From positions 71,052,001-71,116,000 of the forward strand of contig NW_026262581.1 of the NCBI RefSeq assembly GCF_021869535.1: a DNA stretch of 64,000 nucleotides. The letters are read 5' to 3'. Position numbers and translations under genes: made by a program. Positions 28,312 through 39,678 of this stretch are shown in pieces. The notes beneath the pieces are model-generated. The model had not been told where the DNA came from. It made no database searches and saw nothing but the letters and a program-made list of their open reading frames with translations. This DNA comes from Mytilus californianus (lineage: Eukaryota). Positions within the stretch are counted from its first letter, which is position 1, and each line of letters starts with the position of its first letter.

Positions 28312-29767
28312 TTCGTTCTCGAAAATAACATCATCAGCATATAAAAATATAGCTTTTTTTTCTTCATCTATGTTATTACTAAAATTTAACGCATTAATAT
28401 CATCACCCAAATTATTTATATAATATATTAAAAATTATAGATGATAAAACACAACCTTGTTTCAACCCAGAATCAACGTTAAACTATTCAGTCATATTAC
28501 CATTTACACGTACACTACATTCTACATTAGAGTATAAAGCTTTTAGAGAGTACATAAACTTTGAACTTATACCTAAATTTTCTAGTTTGTTAAACAAAAA
28601 AAATATATTAATTGAGTCATAAGCCTTCTTAAAGTCTGTATAAAAGCTACATATGTTTATAATTTACACTTTTTCCTGGTTTCTATTATTGGTGTTATAG
28701 TGCTTATAATGATCAATTGTACTTTTGCCTTTCATAAAGCCATTTTGCTCATCGTTAATTATCTCCCTTTCATCTAATCATTTGACTTATCTGTCATTTA
28801 AAATACTACAATACATCTTGTATGCAAATGGAGCTAGAGTTATGCCCCTATAAGATAAAGGATCTCTAGGATCTGATGTAGAACATTTTGGTATTCGGGT
28901 TATAATTCCCTTATTCCACAAATTTGATACTTTACCAGAACTGAAACATAAGTTAAATAATTTACGTAAAATAGAAATAAAAGAAATATTCTTGCATATT
29001 TCAGCTTGAATAAGGGTAATACCTGCACTTTTACAATTTTTTACATTCATTACAATTTTATGAACCTCATCAATGGTAATTTCCTTATCTAAATCAATAC
29101 AAATAATGTTTTCTTTAATATTACAATGTTCAACCTTATTACACTCTGCATTTACATTTGGGTTCAATAAATTGTGGAAATTGTTTTTCCATTTACTTAA
29201 AATATTTTCTAAATTGTTAGTTATAGTTCCATCATCTTAAGTAACTTCATTCGGAATACACATCTGTCTCTCGTTACCTATACCAATTTGACCAATTCTA
29301 CGTAAAATCTGTTTTGGGTCATTGTCACTAAAATTAACTAGCTCTTGTCAGCGGTACCAATATTGACGCTTATATTTTTGTGTAAGTCTGTCAAATTCTT
29401 TGCGTTTATCAACAAAGTGTTTACGTAATTGTTGTTTTAAGGTTCCCTGTTTAAAAGTTACATAGTCATTTTCTGCTGTGCAAACATTGTTCCACTTCTT
29501 TGTTAGATTGTCATTCCACCATGGTTTTTTAATTCGTCTTTTTCGATTGTTTGTACTGTTCAGAACTTTGACTTTAGATTCTTATTTATTGTTCATTTCA
29601 GAGTGTAAAATTTCAACAAAACTATCATAATTATAATTTATCAACTTTAAATTATCTCTCTTTAAAAAATAGAACTCTGTATATTATTTACACACATATT
29701 AATTTAATTCAATATATCGTTATTTGTCATCCAATCATTTGGGATATTTTTCACATCATATGAAACA

Positions 29768-30475
29768 TATGTATTCTTTTGTTGGCTCATGTTATTGTGA
29801 GCACTATGTATTCTTTTGTTGGCTCATGTTATTGTGAGCACTATGTATTCTTTTGTTGGCTCATGTTATTGTGAGCACTATGTATTCTTTTGTTGGCTCA
29901 TGTTATTGTGAGCACTATGTATTCTTTTGTTGGCTCATGTTATTGTGAGCACTATGTATTCTTTTGTTGGCTCATGTTATTGTGAGCACTATGTATTCTT
30001 TTGTTGGCTCATGTTATTGTGAGCACTATGTATTCTTTTGTTGGCTCATGTTATTGTGAGCACTATGTATTCTTTTGTTGGCTCATGTTATTGTGAGCAC
30101 TATGTATTCTTTTGTTGGCTCATGTTATTGTGAGCACTATGTATTCTTTTGTTGGCTCATGTTATTGTGAGCACTATGTATTCTTTTGTTGGCTCATGTT
30201 ATTGTGAGCACTATGTATTCTTTTGTTGGCTCATGTTATTGTGAGCACTATGTATTCTTTTGTTGGCTCATGTTATTGTGAGCACTATGTATTCTTTAGT
30301 TGGCTCATGTTATTGTGAGCACTATGTATTCTTTTGTTGGCTCATGTTATTGTGAGCACTATGTATTCTTTTGTTGGCTCATGTTATTGTGAGCACTATG
30401 TATTCTTTTGTTGGCTCATGTTATTGTGAGCACTATGTATTCTTTTGTTGGCTCATGTTATTGTGAGCACTATGT
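29768..30475. repeat. 37-bp minisatellite, 19 near-identical copies, inside LINE ORF2
   Basis: Unit TATGTATTCTTTTGTTGGCTCATGTTATTGTGAGCAC. 29768-30470 is 703 bp = 19 x 37. One substitution seen near 30298. Confidence 0.97.
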
Positions 30476-31557
30476 GATAAACTAATAGAACTAATTTCAT
30501 TTATCATATCAAAATTGGTTTCAAATTCCCAACATAATACAGAATGATCAGGTATATGATTTCGACCAAACGAACCTGGCCGAGCACTTTTATTACATAA
30601 AACACTTACTCTTATAACTTTGAAATTTTTATAATGACACAAACTTTCATATGGAACAACACAGTAATGTGTTCGAATGGGTTAACAACTAATTGTCTGA
30701 AATATGAAGTTACCATTGTTATGTTCATTGAAAGCATCTTTTCATAAAAGAGCTGATTTATTTTTCTGAAAACTTTGTCACTGGTTTCCACTTTTTAAAG
30801 GCTCTCCTTGCAATAGAAAAACGTTCTTTTATTCGCAATTGATTATGGATAAGGTTGTTTTAAGTGCCTAATTTTTTAGTAGAAACATATGTGAGATTAT
30901 CATAGGTAGGATATCGCCCATTTAAAACACAGTTGATAGAAATTCACGAAATACTTCACCATAGTTGTTGGCTGTAAAATCGGTAATATTGCACTCACTT
31001 AGTTGGTCTATTCCCTGAATGAAATCGTTATAATTACCTAATCGACTATTGAAGTCTCCACATAAATAGAAAAAAAATTCCTTTAAGTATTGAATAAATA
31101 TCAAATAAAGTAAACACGTATAAGACGTTTTTAAACTAGAGACAGAGAAACTGAAATGGGTCGAATTTGGCGCGCAATGTTGTGAGAGTTACATCATAAA
31201 CGGTGTGACGTCAACGTGGGTCATTTGCATAGCTAGGTCAGTAGTACCATTCATTGACAATGTGGCTGCAAAGTGATGTATTTACTAAAATGAGTGCAAA
31301 TAATCGATATAATAAGATAAAATCGTTAGTGGATTAAATATTCAATTACAGACATCATGAATAATCTACAGAATTCGATATTTCACAAGAAACAACCATG
31401 GAACAAAAGAAAACGCGCGTGATGTTCCCCGTTGTAATGGGTAGCAACGTCCGGGTATATGGGTTAGCAACACCCAGGGGCTATGGGTTTTGTAACGACA
31501 TGCGTTAACCAATCAAAATCCTAGAAATATACTTAGCCGGGGATAATAGCACTTTAA

Positions 31558-34285
31558 CCCTCTTGCTGCCAAAGAGACATTTATGGCTTCTACACACAAA
31601 ACTTGTTGATTGTGTAGAACGTCGAAGGTCCATGGTAACGTCACAATACAGAGGGCACTGACAAGCAAAGACGGAGCCAAAAGGAAGATTTTGGCGGGAA
31701 TGAAGTAAACTGATTTAAATGCATTATTTGTATACTTAAAACGGATGTCAACAAATGATACAGGATCATAAGCTTGTTAGTACTATAATACCAACTTATT
31801 TAAACGTGTTTACTAATTACGTAGTTCGTCATTTTCATGCAAAATATCGCATACTTTCGAGAAATTTGTTAAAAGTTTTTTCATATATCCTTTAATCAGA
31901 ATATCTTAATTAATAATCGCATTCCTAATAAATAATCACAGAAAAGGTAACTGTTATACTTGATTACGCGAAATATCAATATTCACAATACACGCTTTAT
32001 TCAGTTGTTATTTAAGAGAACTGGAAAATATTTGTTGGGCTCAAATGACGCGATTGACTTCTTAAATATTTGTTGTAAAGGTACACAAATGTAACACGAT
32101 ATACTTGTAGCGATATGATATTTCAATACATTTTATACCTGTTTCATCATGGAAGAAATAATCTAAAAATATTTATTTTCATTCGAAATGGGGATGTTAA
32201 ATTAGTAGGTGACCTAACGATTTCTCTTCCTATCAAACATGTCATCCTTTCCCAGTGGCAATCTCAATATTTAGCCATTCATCTCAGATCTTTTACTTTG
32301 TGGGACCTACTGAGCAACAGATTTATTGTTCATTAGATCCCAGTCGTCCTTAATATTGCATGAAATACCTGCCACTGAACGTTGAACAAACAACAATTTA
32401 TCAATCAACGAATCATAAGAGATATTTCATGTATGCCAAAAAATATAATATTTTCAAGTCATGAATAATGACTGATTCAGGTTCAGGTTCACATGTAGAC
32501 AATAGAAATTATTTTTAGAATTTCTTCCCTCGTTTTCCTGTTTTTCAAATTCATATTTCAAACATTTCTCTAAAATTTTGAACAATAAGTGGTCAACAAA
32601 ATAATGATAAACATGATAAAGAAATAAACAATATGAATAAGGTTTATAAAAATTCTTTCCTCGCCTACCGAAACAAGGCTTGAAATGAAAAAAATTAATC
32701 TGACACATATCATACTTTACAGCACGAAGTAGTTCATAGAATCGGCTGTTCTGAGTTTTATTTATTTTTTATTTGTACTTGCATTTTTTTTAAATTTTTA
32801 TTGGGGGCCGTTGATTTGTTTATATAATTATTTGAAAGATTCTTTCCGGTATTTTTCAATTATAACAAGGTTTACTAAGCTAATTAGATAACAAGGATAA
32901 TATATTCTAGTATTTTAGAGGTGGTTAAGAATCAGTTATGCATTTCACTTGGCAAAGATAAAATAAACTGTTATCACAGAGATATGTCTCGCCTTTTTGT
33001 AATTTTGATAATGCAAATGTTGAAATTAAAATAGCAATACTTTAACATGTAAGTTATGCAAATATTCAAAGTCGATGAACCATGACTGAAGGTACATGGC
33101 TAAACAATCTCCATGGAATGAGATGTGCCAATGTTAATACAACTCTGCATACCAAATACCATTGACTTATTATAAGTCGTTCCCTTTAAACAAACCTAAA
33201 CACAAACATTAACTTGTAAACTATGTAAAAGTTTCAAAGTCAATGAACCATGATCAGGGATGGGGCTATATAATCTCCATGGAAACGATACTTGCAAATG
33301 CCAATAAATTTGCATACCAAATATCATTGACTTAACATGAGCAGTTCATCTTAAACTGATCTAATCACAAACTTATACTTGTAAACTAAGCAAAAGTTTC
33401 AAAGTAAATAGACCATGACTGAGGGGGCGGGGCCAAATATTCTCCATGGAAATGAGATGTGCTAATGCTTATACAACTGAACAGCAATTAACATTGGCCT
33501 GCCACTAATGGTTCCCCTTGAACTGACCTAATCACAAACTAATACATGTTAACTTAGCAAAATTTTCAAAGCCTATAGACCATGACTAAGGGGGCGGAGC
33601 CAAATAATCTCCATGGAAATGAGATATGCCAATGCTTATACAACTGCATACCAAATATCATTGACCTACCACTAGTGGTTCCCCATAAATTGACCTAATC
33701 ACAAACTAATACATGTAAACTATGAAAAGTTTCAAAGTCAATAGACCTTGACTGAGGGGGCAGGGCCAAATAATCTCCATGGTAATCAGATGTGCCAATG
33801 CTAATACAACTGCATACCAAATATCATTGACCTACCACAATTGTTCACCATGAACTAGACCTAATCACAAACTAATACATTGTTGACGCCGCCGTCGCCG
33901 CCGATGCCGGAAACAGCATACCTATGTCTCGATTTTTTGACTGCGTCAAGGCGAGACGACAAAAGCGCTTATAAAATTATTAGCAATATTGTCTTCATTT
34001 TTTAAAGATAAGAAATATAAAAAAAACTATATTTCAAGGTTAAAAGTTGTATTTTTAAATAATGTAATATTAAAAACATCGTTTATAACAATCTTAGTGC
34101 AAGGATTTTTATAAAATTACTTTTAATCGATTTTCCTAATTACGGCTAAATTGACGCGGGAAAAATTATGGACGGCGGGAAAGCACTGTTCTACAGAGAG
34201 GCACAAGTTTTGCAACGTCACAAATATGAAACGTCAAGATGCTTTTGGCGCGACAAAGCAAGAAATAAACTCGGCAGCAAGAGGG
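31558..34285. mobile_element. Non-autonomous piggyBac-like element (TTAA TSD)
   Basis: TTAA|CCCTCTTGCTGCC at 31554-31570 and GGCAGCAAGAGGG|TTAA at 34273-34289: a perfect 13-bp TIR. No transposase ORF. Confidence 0.8.
32965..33962. mobile_element. HINE/Helentron-like element with about five internal 165-170-bp tandem repeats, nested in the piggyBac-like element
   Basis: AAAGTCAAT(G/A)(A/G)ACCATGA-like motif recurs near 33066, 33238, 33401, 33567 and 33733. ATGTCTCG is present at both ends, with a terminal hairpin (TTGAC...GTCAAGGCGAGAC). The unit length matches the Cg170/BIV160-type bivalve satellites; identity to them was not verified. Confidence 0.7.
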
Positions 34286-35059
34286 TTAAAGTCCTGCAAT
34301 AATAGTAGGCTAGCACAAAGCAGTCAAATTATACATACACCCTTTGGTTTTCTTTTCTTTTCTTTTCTTTTATTTACTTATTCTTTCTCTACATATAAAA
34401 CCTTAAACTAATTACATATTTAGTCCTATTTAGGCTTATATAAAATATTTGGCAACTAAATTCACATACATAATTTGGCATATCCACTCTTTACTTGGCT
34501 GCTGGTGTACCATGACAACGTTGCTGTCGCTCACTGCCGTTTGCTTGGCCTAGCTTTTCTCCTTTTCCAGCTTTTGGTGGCTCCTATTTCTATTTTCTAT
34601 TATTTATTTTTTTTTCTTTACTTAAATTTTCATTTTCATTTTTATTTTCTTTTATCTGATTTAAGTTCTATTTATTTTTATCTTTTATTTTTTATTCATC
34701 AATTTATTTATTTATTTATTTTAATCTATCAAATTATTGTTCATTTTAATTTTAATTCATGTTATTTTTTATTCATTTTTACCTTTTTGTCACTCAAAAT
34801 TATATCAATTACTTAAGGTGAACATAAATTATTTAAATGCCTAAAAAAGCGCAAGCCAGGGCCGACCGTGCAAGACCCTCATGGGTAGTCAAGGTCGTTA
34901 AAAACCACCCTCATCGATCCGAACGATATGAATCGTCTGAACGAAAGTAGAGACATTTCAAAAGACAAAATTGAAAAGAAATGTATTAAAAAAGTGAAAA
35001 CAATTAATTTATTAAGTCAACAGAAAATATATTTATAGACATTTACAAGCAACTATTTA

Positions 35060-35615
35060 ATGTTATTTTCGTAACGGGCGTTGTCCTGGATAGTTGGTTT
35101 ATTGGAAATATAAACAAAGGTGATAAAATGGACTCAAAAAATTATAGACCAATTAAAAATGTGAGTTGCCTTTGGAAACTCGTTACTGTAATTTTAAGTG
35201 AGCAATTAACTGAAATTTAGGACGACTTTCTTATTTTGAATTAATTTTAATGTGGATTTCGTAAGGGGTATTCAACACTGACTAAAAATGTGTTTATATA
35301 TTTTTTATTTTTTTTTTTGAAATTCTAAAAACCAAGAAGAGAAAAAATGTTTTGCGCATTTAGTGATTTTGAAAAGCTTTCGAAAAAGTTTGGCGGGATC
35401 GACTATGGTATAAGTGTCTATTGAATAATATGAATGGTAACATATATAATAAAATTGTAAAAATGTATAACGGTACAAATTTTTGCATTTCTTATAATGA
35501 TTGTAATCAACATTAATTTTCCCCTTGTAGCAACGGTGTATGTCAAGGGAAACTTTTGTCCCCTCTTCTTTTTGCCTTATTTGTGAACGGCCTTGAGTCA
35601 TATCTATAAAACTGC
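35060..35615 (+). mobile_element. Degenerate LINE RT fragment
   Basis: Manual translation gives KGDKMDSKNYRP, CGFRKGYST, CAFSDFEK and NGVCQGKLLSPLLFALFVNGLESYL. Confidence 0.75.
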
Positions 35616-35619
35616 AACA

Positions 35620-35990
35620 ACATTCACCAACTAGTACGCCGTGCCGCTGTCCTTTCACATGTACCTTCTGCTGAGGTCGAAGATGTGTGGTTTAATGCCC
35701 TAATCGACATGGAATCAGATTGATACTAACATCAACTACAAGTCCTTTACAGACTATGTAACAACATACTCGGTCGAACAGAACAGTCACCTTTGGGACC
35801 ATTACACAGTACAGGGACCGAGGACTACACATCTAGAGGGATGGCACACCAAGCTGAAGAAACATGTCCGGGACCCACATCCAAACATCATTAAACTCAT
35901 GTATAAATCTAATGAAACATGAGGAAGCTTTCAACGCCCTGACCATGATCAAAATGCAGCCGGTGGGAAGAGAGTGGCCCAAAAACTCTG
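35620..35990 (+). mobile_element. Mutator-like (MULE) transposase C-terminal fragment
   Basis: Manual translation with frameshifts gives LVRRAAVLSHVPSAEVEDVWFNAL...TDYVTTY...LWDHYTVQGPRTTHLEGWHTKLKKHVRDPHPNI, which contains the RT(N)NxxEGWH-type catalytic Glu motif. Confidence 0.75.
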
Positions 35991-37330
35991 GGAAGCATTT
36001 CGGAATGGGTCCGGGCCTGGTTCCTTAAATAATTTAAGATGAGGGGGGAATGTTTGGCATCACGATCCAAAAAATAGGTATGGCGCCCATCGAAAATATA
36101 CGGCTTTACGGGAGAGTCTTCCTTGATCATTGCAGATAATATGGACTCTGGACAGGACTGAAAAACTGTGGCTGAGGTCTCAAATCTGGTTCCACCAACA
36201 TTTATAAAAAAACGGGTTTGCTGGCTCTTTTGTATTTGTTCCAACTTTAATTTCTTTACTGGGGTAGGAGTGTAAATGGCAGCAGCCTTTCTCAATTCAG
36301 ATGGGGAGAGGAGTTCCTGAGTAGGCGAATAGGTTGGACAAGGCTGTGTAGCTAACGGGATACATAAACTAGTGGAGGTGAGGGGTGGTTCCAATGATGG
36401 TAGTTCCACAACAGAGACATCAATATTAGGGATGGCTGTATCAATATCGGGGACGGTTATAACAGGGATGTCTGTATATGGCATATCAGGATTGGGGCTG
36501 GTCTTGCAGGGATCACTTGGCAGAGGAGAAATAGGTTCCACTGCCGAAGTGAAACCCACAATATTATCCAAAAAAGCATCCTCCTCCGGATCACATAGTG
36601 AAACTTCCTCAAGACTTCCCACTGAGGAATTCTCCATCTCCTTCCATAAATTAGAAAGTACCTCTTTCTGCTTTTGCACCGACTCCTTCCTGTTCTCCTT
36701 TATCTTCTCATCCTCTTTCTTACTTGCCCTCTCCTCCTTCTTCTTCTCCTTTTCTTCTTTCTTCTTCTCCGTCTCATCCTCTTTTCCTTTCTTACTCTCC
36801 TTCTCCACTTCTTTTTCTTCCTTCCTTCTCTTTTTTTCTTCCCTCTTCTCCTTTCTCTCCCTTTCTTCCTCTGGTGTTCTCTTCTTCTCCTGCACCTTCT
36901 TAACTTCCTTCTTCTTTTTCTCCCCTCCATCCCCAAATACCATATTAATCTCCACATACAAGTTCCCAAGTTCTGTCCTCTACTTCTTTGTCCCTTGGTC
37001 CTGTTCCTTCCTGTGAGACCTCTTTTTGCTATCTTTCTGCAGCTCCTTTTTTTCTTCCTTGTCCACCCTCTCCGTTATCATCTTTTCCTCTCTCTGTCTT
37101 TGGAACAGAAGGAACTGATCCTCCTCCTCTTTTGTACAAGTCATTGTGGTCCTGTTTATTAACTTCAACATTCCCTCACACTTCTTGTGGGCAGCTCTAC
37201 GGCTTACCACCAACCTACACTCCTCACACCTCCAACCAAACCCACTATGTTGTTCCGTCATATGCCTTTTGCATATTATTGACTGGTCAAAAGTGAAATC
37301 ATGGCAAATTCCACAGGTATATACTGTGAC
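35990..37330 (-). pseudogene. Accessory ORF3: C2H2 + C2HC zinc fingers, K/E coiled coil, Pro/acidic linker, KCTD-type BTB (T1) domain
   Basis: ORFs 36980..37336 and 35909..36961 share a frame and are separated by one TAG (36980-36982). Motifs: CGIC-x13-H-x4-H, CEEC-x9-H-x2-C, and FINVGGTRFETS...YFLDRDAKHSPLILNYLRN. The BTB is cut after EMLPR by the MULE fragment. Confidence 0.8.
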
Positions 37331-37350
37331 CTGCAATTATAAAAAGGAAC
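37331..37350 (-). promoter_or_regulatory. Candidate splice acceptor in front of ORF3
   Basis: Minus strand TTCCTTTTTATAATTGCAG|GTC. An in-frame TAA lies immediately upstream (37337-37339), and the first in-frame ATG falls inside zinc finger 1. Confidence 0.6.
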
Positions 37351-37445
37351 ATTTCCTTTAAAATCTCGCTATTTGATTTTATATATTTCTATAAAATAAC
37401 CAAAAACTGTACTATACTGGATAGATATATGGAATTTTAGGGTTT

Positions 37446-37465
37446 CACTTCCCCTCCTATCCATC
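37446..37465 (-). other. Polypurine-tract-like sequence followed by TGAAAC
   Basis: Minus strand GATAGGAGGGGAAG|TGAAACCC, 12-24 nt after the integrase stop codon. Confidence 0.5.
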
Positions 37466-37469
37466 ATAT

Positions 37470-39660
37470 CTATTTTAACCAACTTGAAACATTTTCCCCA
37501 AGATAGGGCTTCAACCTGTCTTGGTGCACTACTTTAGGTTTGGTCTTTGGACCTTTCTGTATACGATATATCACATCATTAAGTTTATTTACCACAATAT
37601 ATGGACCTTCCCAATTATTTTGTAATTTTGGACACAACCCCTTTACACGACGAGGATTGTGCAACCACACTGGATCTCCTGCATCAAATTTCTGCATTTT
37701 TGTTGAAATGTCATAATTTCTTTTCATCCTGTCGCTTGACAGTTTTAATTTATTTCGTGCAAATTGATGAATTACCTCTAACTTTTGAGATAATTCATAT
37801 GCATAAACAGTTTTTAAATGTAAAGGTGACTTTTCAGTCTCTGGTCCACCCAGAATTAAATCTACTGGTAAATTAACTTCTCTTCCAAATAACATGGAAC
37901 ATGGAGATGTACCCAAACTCTCATGTTCTGATGACCTATAGGCCAACATTAATAAATAAATATATTCGTCCCAATCTCTTTGGTGTTTGCTTACAAAGGC
38001 AGATAACATAGTTTCAATAGTTGAATTCGACTTTTCAACCATACCATCCGATTTTGGCCTGACTGGTGTTGTACGGGTTTTATGAATACCCAAAATATTA
38101 CACATCTCTTTAAACACATGAGACTCAAAATTAGACCCTTGGTCTGAGTTAATAGAAAGAGGAACCCCAAAAATGGTTACTTTTCTTTCTACAAATTTCT
38201 TAGCAACTGTAACTGCTTCAGTGTCTGGAATTGGTATGGCTTCCGTCCATTTGGAATAATAATCCTGAACTACCATTAGATAGCGATTATTATTCACACT
38301 ACATGGTAAAGGTCCTAGAATGTCAATGGCCATTCTTTCCCAAGGAGCACCCACAAGATACTGTTTCATTGGGGCCTTAGGTTTTTTACAAGGTGCTTTC
38401 TTAGCACAAATATCACATTTAGTACACCAAAATTTAACATCCTGTCTCATTTTATACCAAAAATATCTCTGTTTAATTTTTGACAGAGTTTTTCTTACAC
38501 CAAGATGACCACCGGTCACTGTGTTATGAACTTGGTTCAACACGAACCTTTTAAAATTAGCTGGAAGAACAATATGTAGATCATAATGTTTTCCATTATA
38601 GCTTTCCCATTTTCTATATAAAATTCCATTGACAAGAATTAAAGAATTTAATCTTGACCAATAAAATTTAACTCCAGGACTCATATGGGATACATCTGCC
38701 CATGTGGGTTTAACTTCATCTATTTTCCACTGAATAATTATACTGATTACATCATCAGATAACTGAGATTCTGAAACATTTTCAAAATTTATTTCTTTAA
38801 CTGGGTTGTCCTTCTCATTTTGACTACAACAATAATCCTTAGATCTGGTACAAACTCTCACTATTTTAGAATGAACAGGGAGTACATCAGGGTTTTTCTC
38901 TGGACCCTTACTATTAAATTTATTATGAATGACATGACTTTTTACTTTGTGGCACTTTTCGTCACTTGTCATATTTGGTCTCCTATCTTCATTTATACAG
39001 CTAATACTAGGTTTTGTAACTGACAACTCTGCACTGACATCTTGAACATTTCTGCAAGATTCACTAACAGTGACACTATCATTACAATTTTCAACTGTAA
39101 AACTGTCTTTATGAGTTGGAACCAATTCATAATTTATTTCTACTCTAGCACAGTGAGGACATTCTTTATTATAGCAAGGACGTCGACTTAGGGCGTTTGC
39201 ATTATTATGGGACCTTCCAGCTCTGTGCTCAATCTTAAAATCATAGGATGCCAGGACCTCGAACCAACGAGCTAACTGACCTTCTGGATTCTTAAAATTA
39301 AACAACCAACTTAATGCACCATGGTCACTTCTAACCTTGAAGTATTTACCATATAAATAATGGTGAAAATGTTTAATAGAGGCTACTACAGCTAGTAGCT
39401 CTCTTCTGGTAACACAATATTTTCTCTCTGATCTACTGAAAGTTTTACTAAAGTAACAAATTACTTTTTCTACTCCATCTTGGAGTTGGGATAGCACTGC
39501 TCCCATACCAACATTACTTGCGTCAGTGTCTAATATAAATAAATCCTCCCTTGTGGGGTAGGCTAAAATAGGTGCACTAATTAAGGTATTCTTTAATTCC
39601 TCAAAGGATTGTTGACAATCGTCTGTCCAGACAAATTTCTGGTTTTTCTCAGTAACCTTA
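37470..39660 (-). pseudogene. pol: Gypsy pol: RNase H and integrase
   Basis: LDTDASNVGMGAVLSQ, ELLAVV, DHGAL, NANALSRRPC. Integrase has the H-x6-H...C-x2-C zinc motif, the DILGP...SDQG...E core and the WEGPY (GPY/F) module. Confidence 0.95.
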
Positions 39661-39678
39661 TATAAAGGTTTAGCTTTA

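Larger units (their letters stand above)
26860..31110 (-). mobile_element. Decayed APE-type LINE ORF2 (endonuclease-RT-CCHC); clade not determined
   Basis: EN motif LCGDFNSR (30922..31104), DPRDPLSYRGITL (28787..29167), LYADD near 28330, and C-terminal IETGRY...CFNC...EDEFHVVLKC near 27280-27400. AATAAA and tail near 26865-26885. Confidence 0.9.

Noticed and set aside
29768-30475. CRISPR-like array (37-bp partly palindromic repeat)
   Set aside because: Units are head-to-tail with no spacers, there are no cas genes, the context is eukaryotic, and the unit is LINE coding sequence.
34475-34816. 113-aa hydrophobic ORF
   Set aside because: It is an artefact of T-rich low-complexity sequence (F/L/I/Y-rich).
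35909-36961. Exon of a normal host KCTD gene
   Set aside because: It is in frame with zinc fingers and a K/E tract, sits directly behind a Gypsy integrase on the same strand, and is truncated by a TE junction. A host origin by capture remains possible.
36372-37296. Plus-strand ORFs of 214, 162 and 102 aa rich in S/F/L
   Set aside because: They are antisense shadows of the purine-rich K/E-coding strand and have no recognisable domain.
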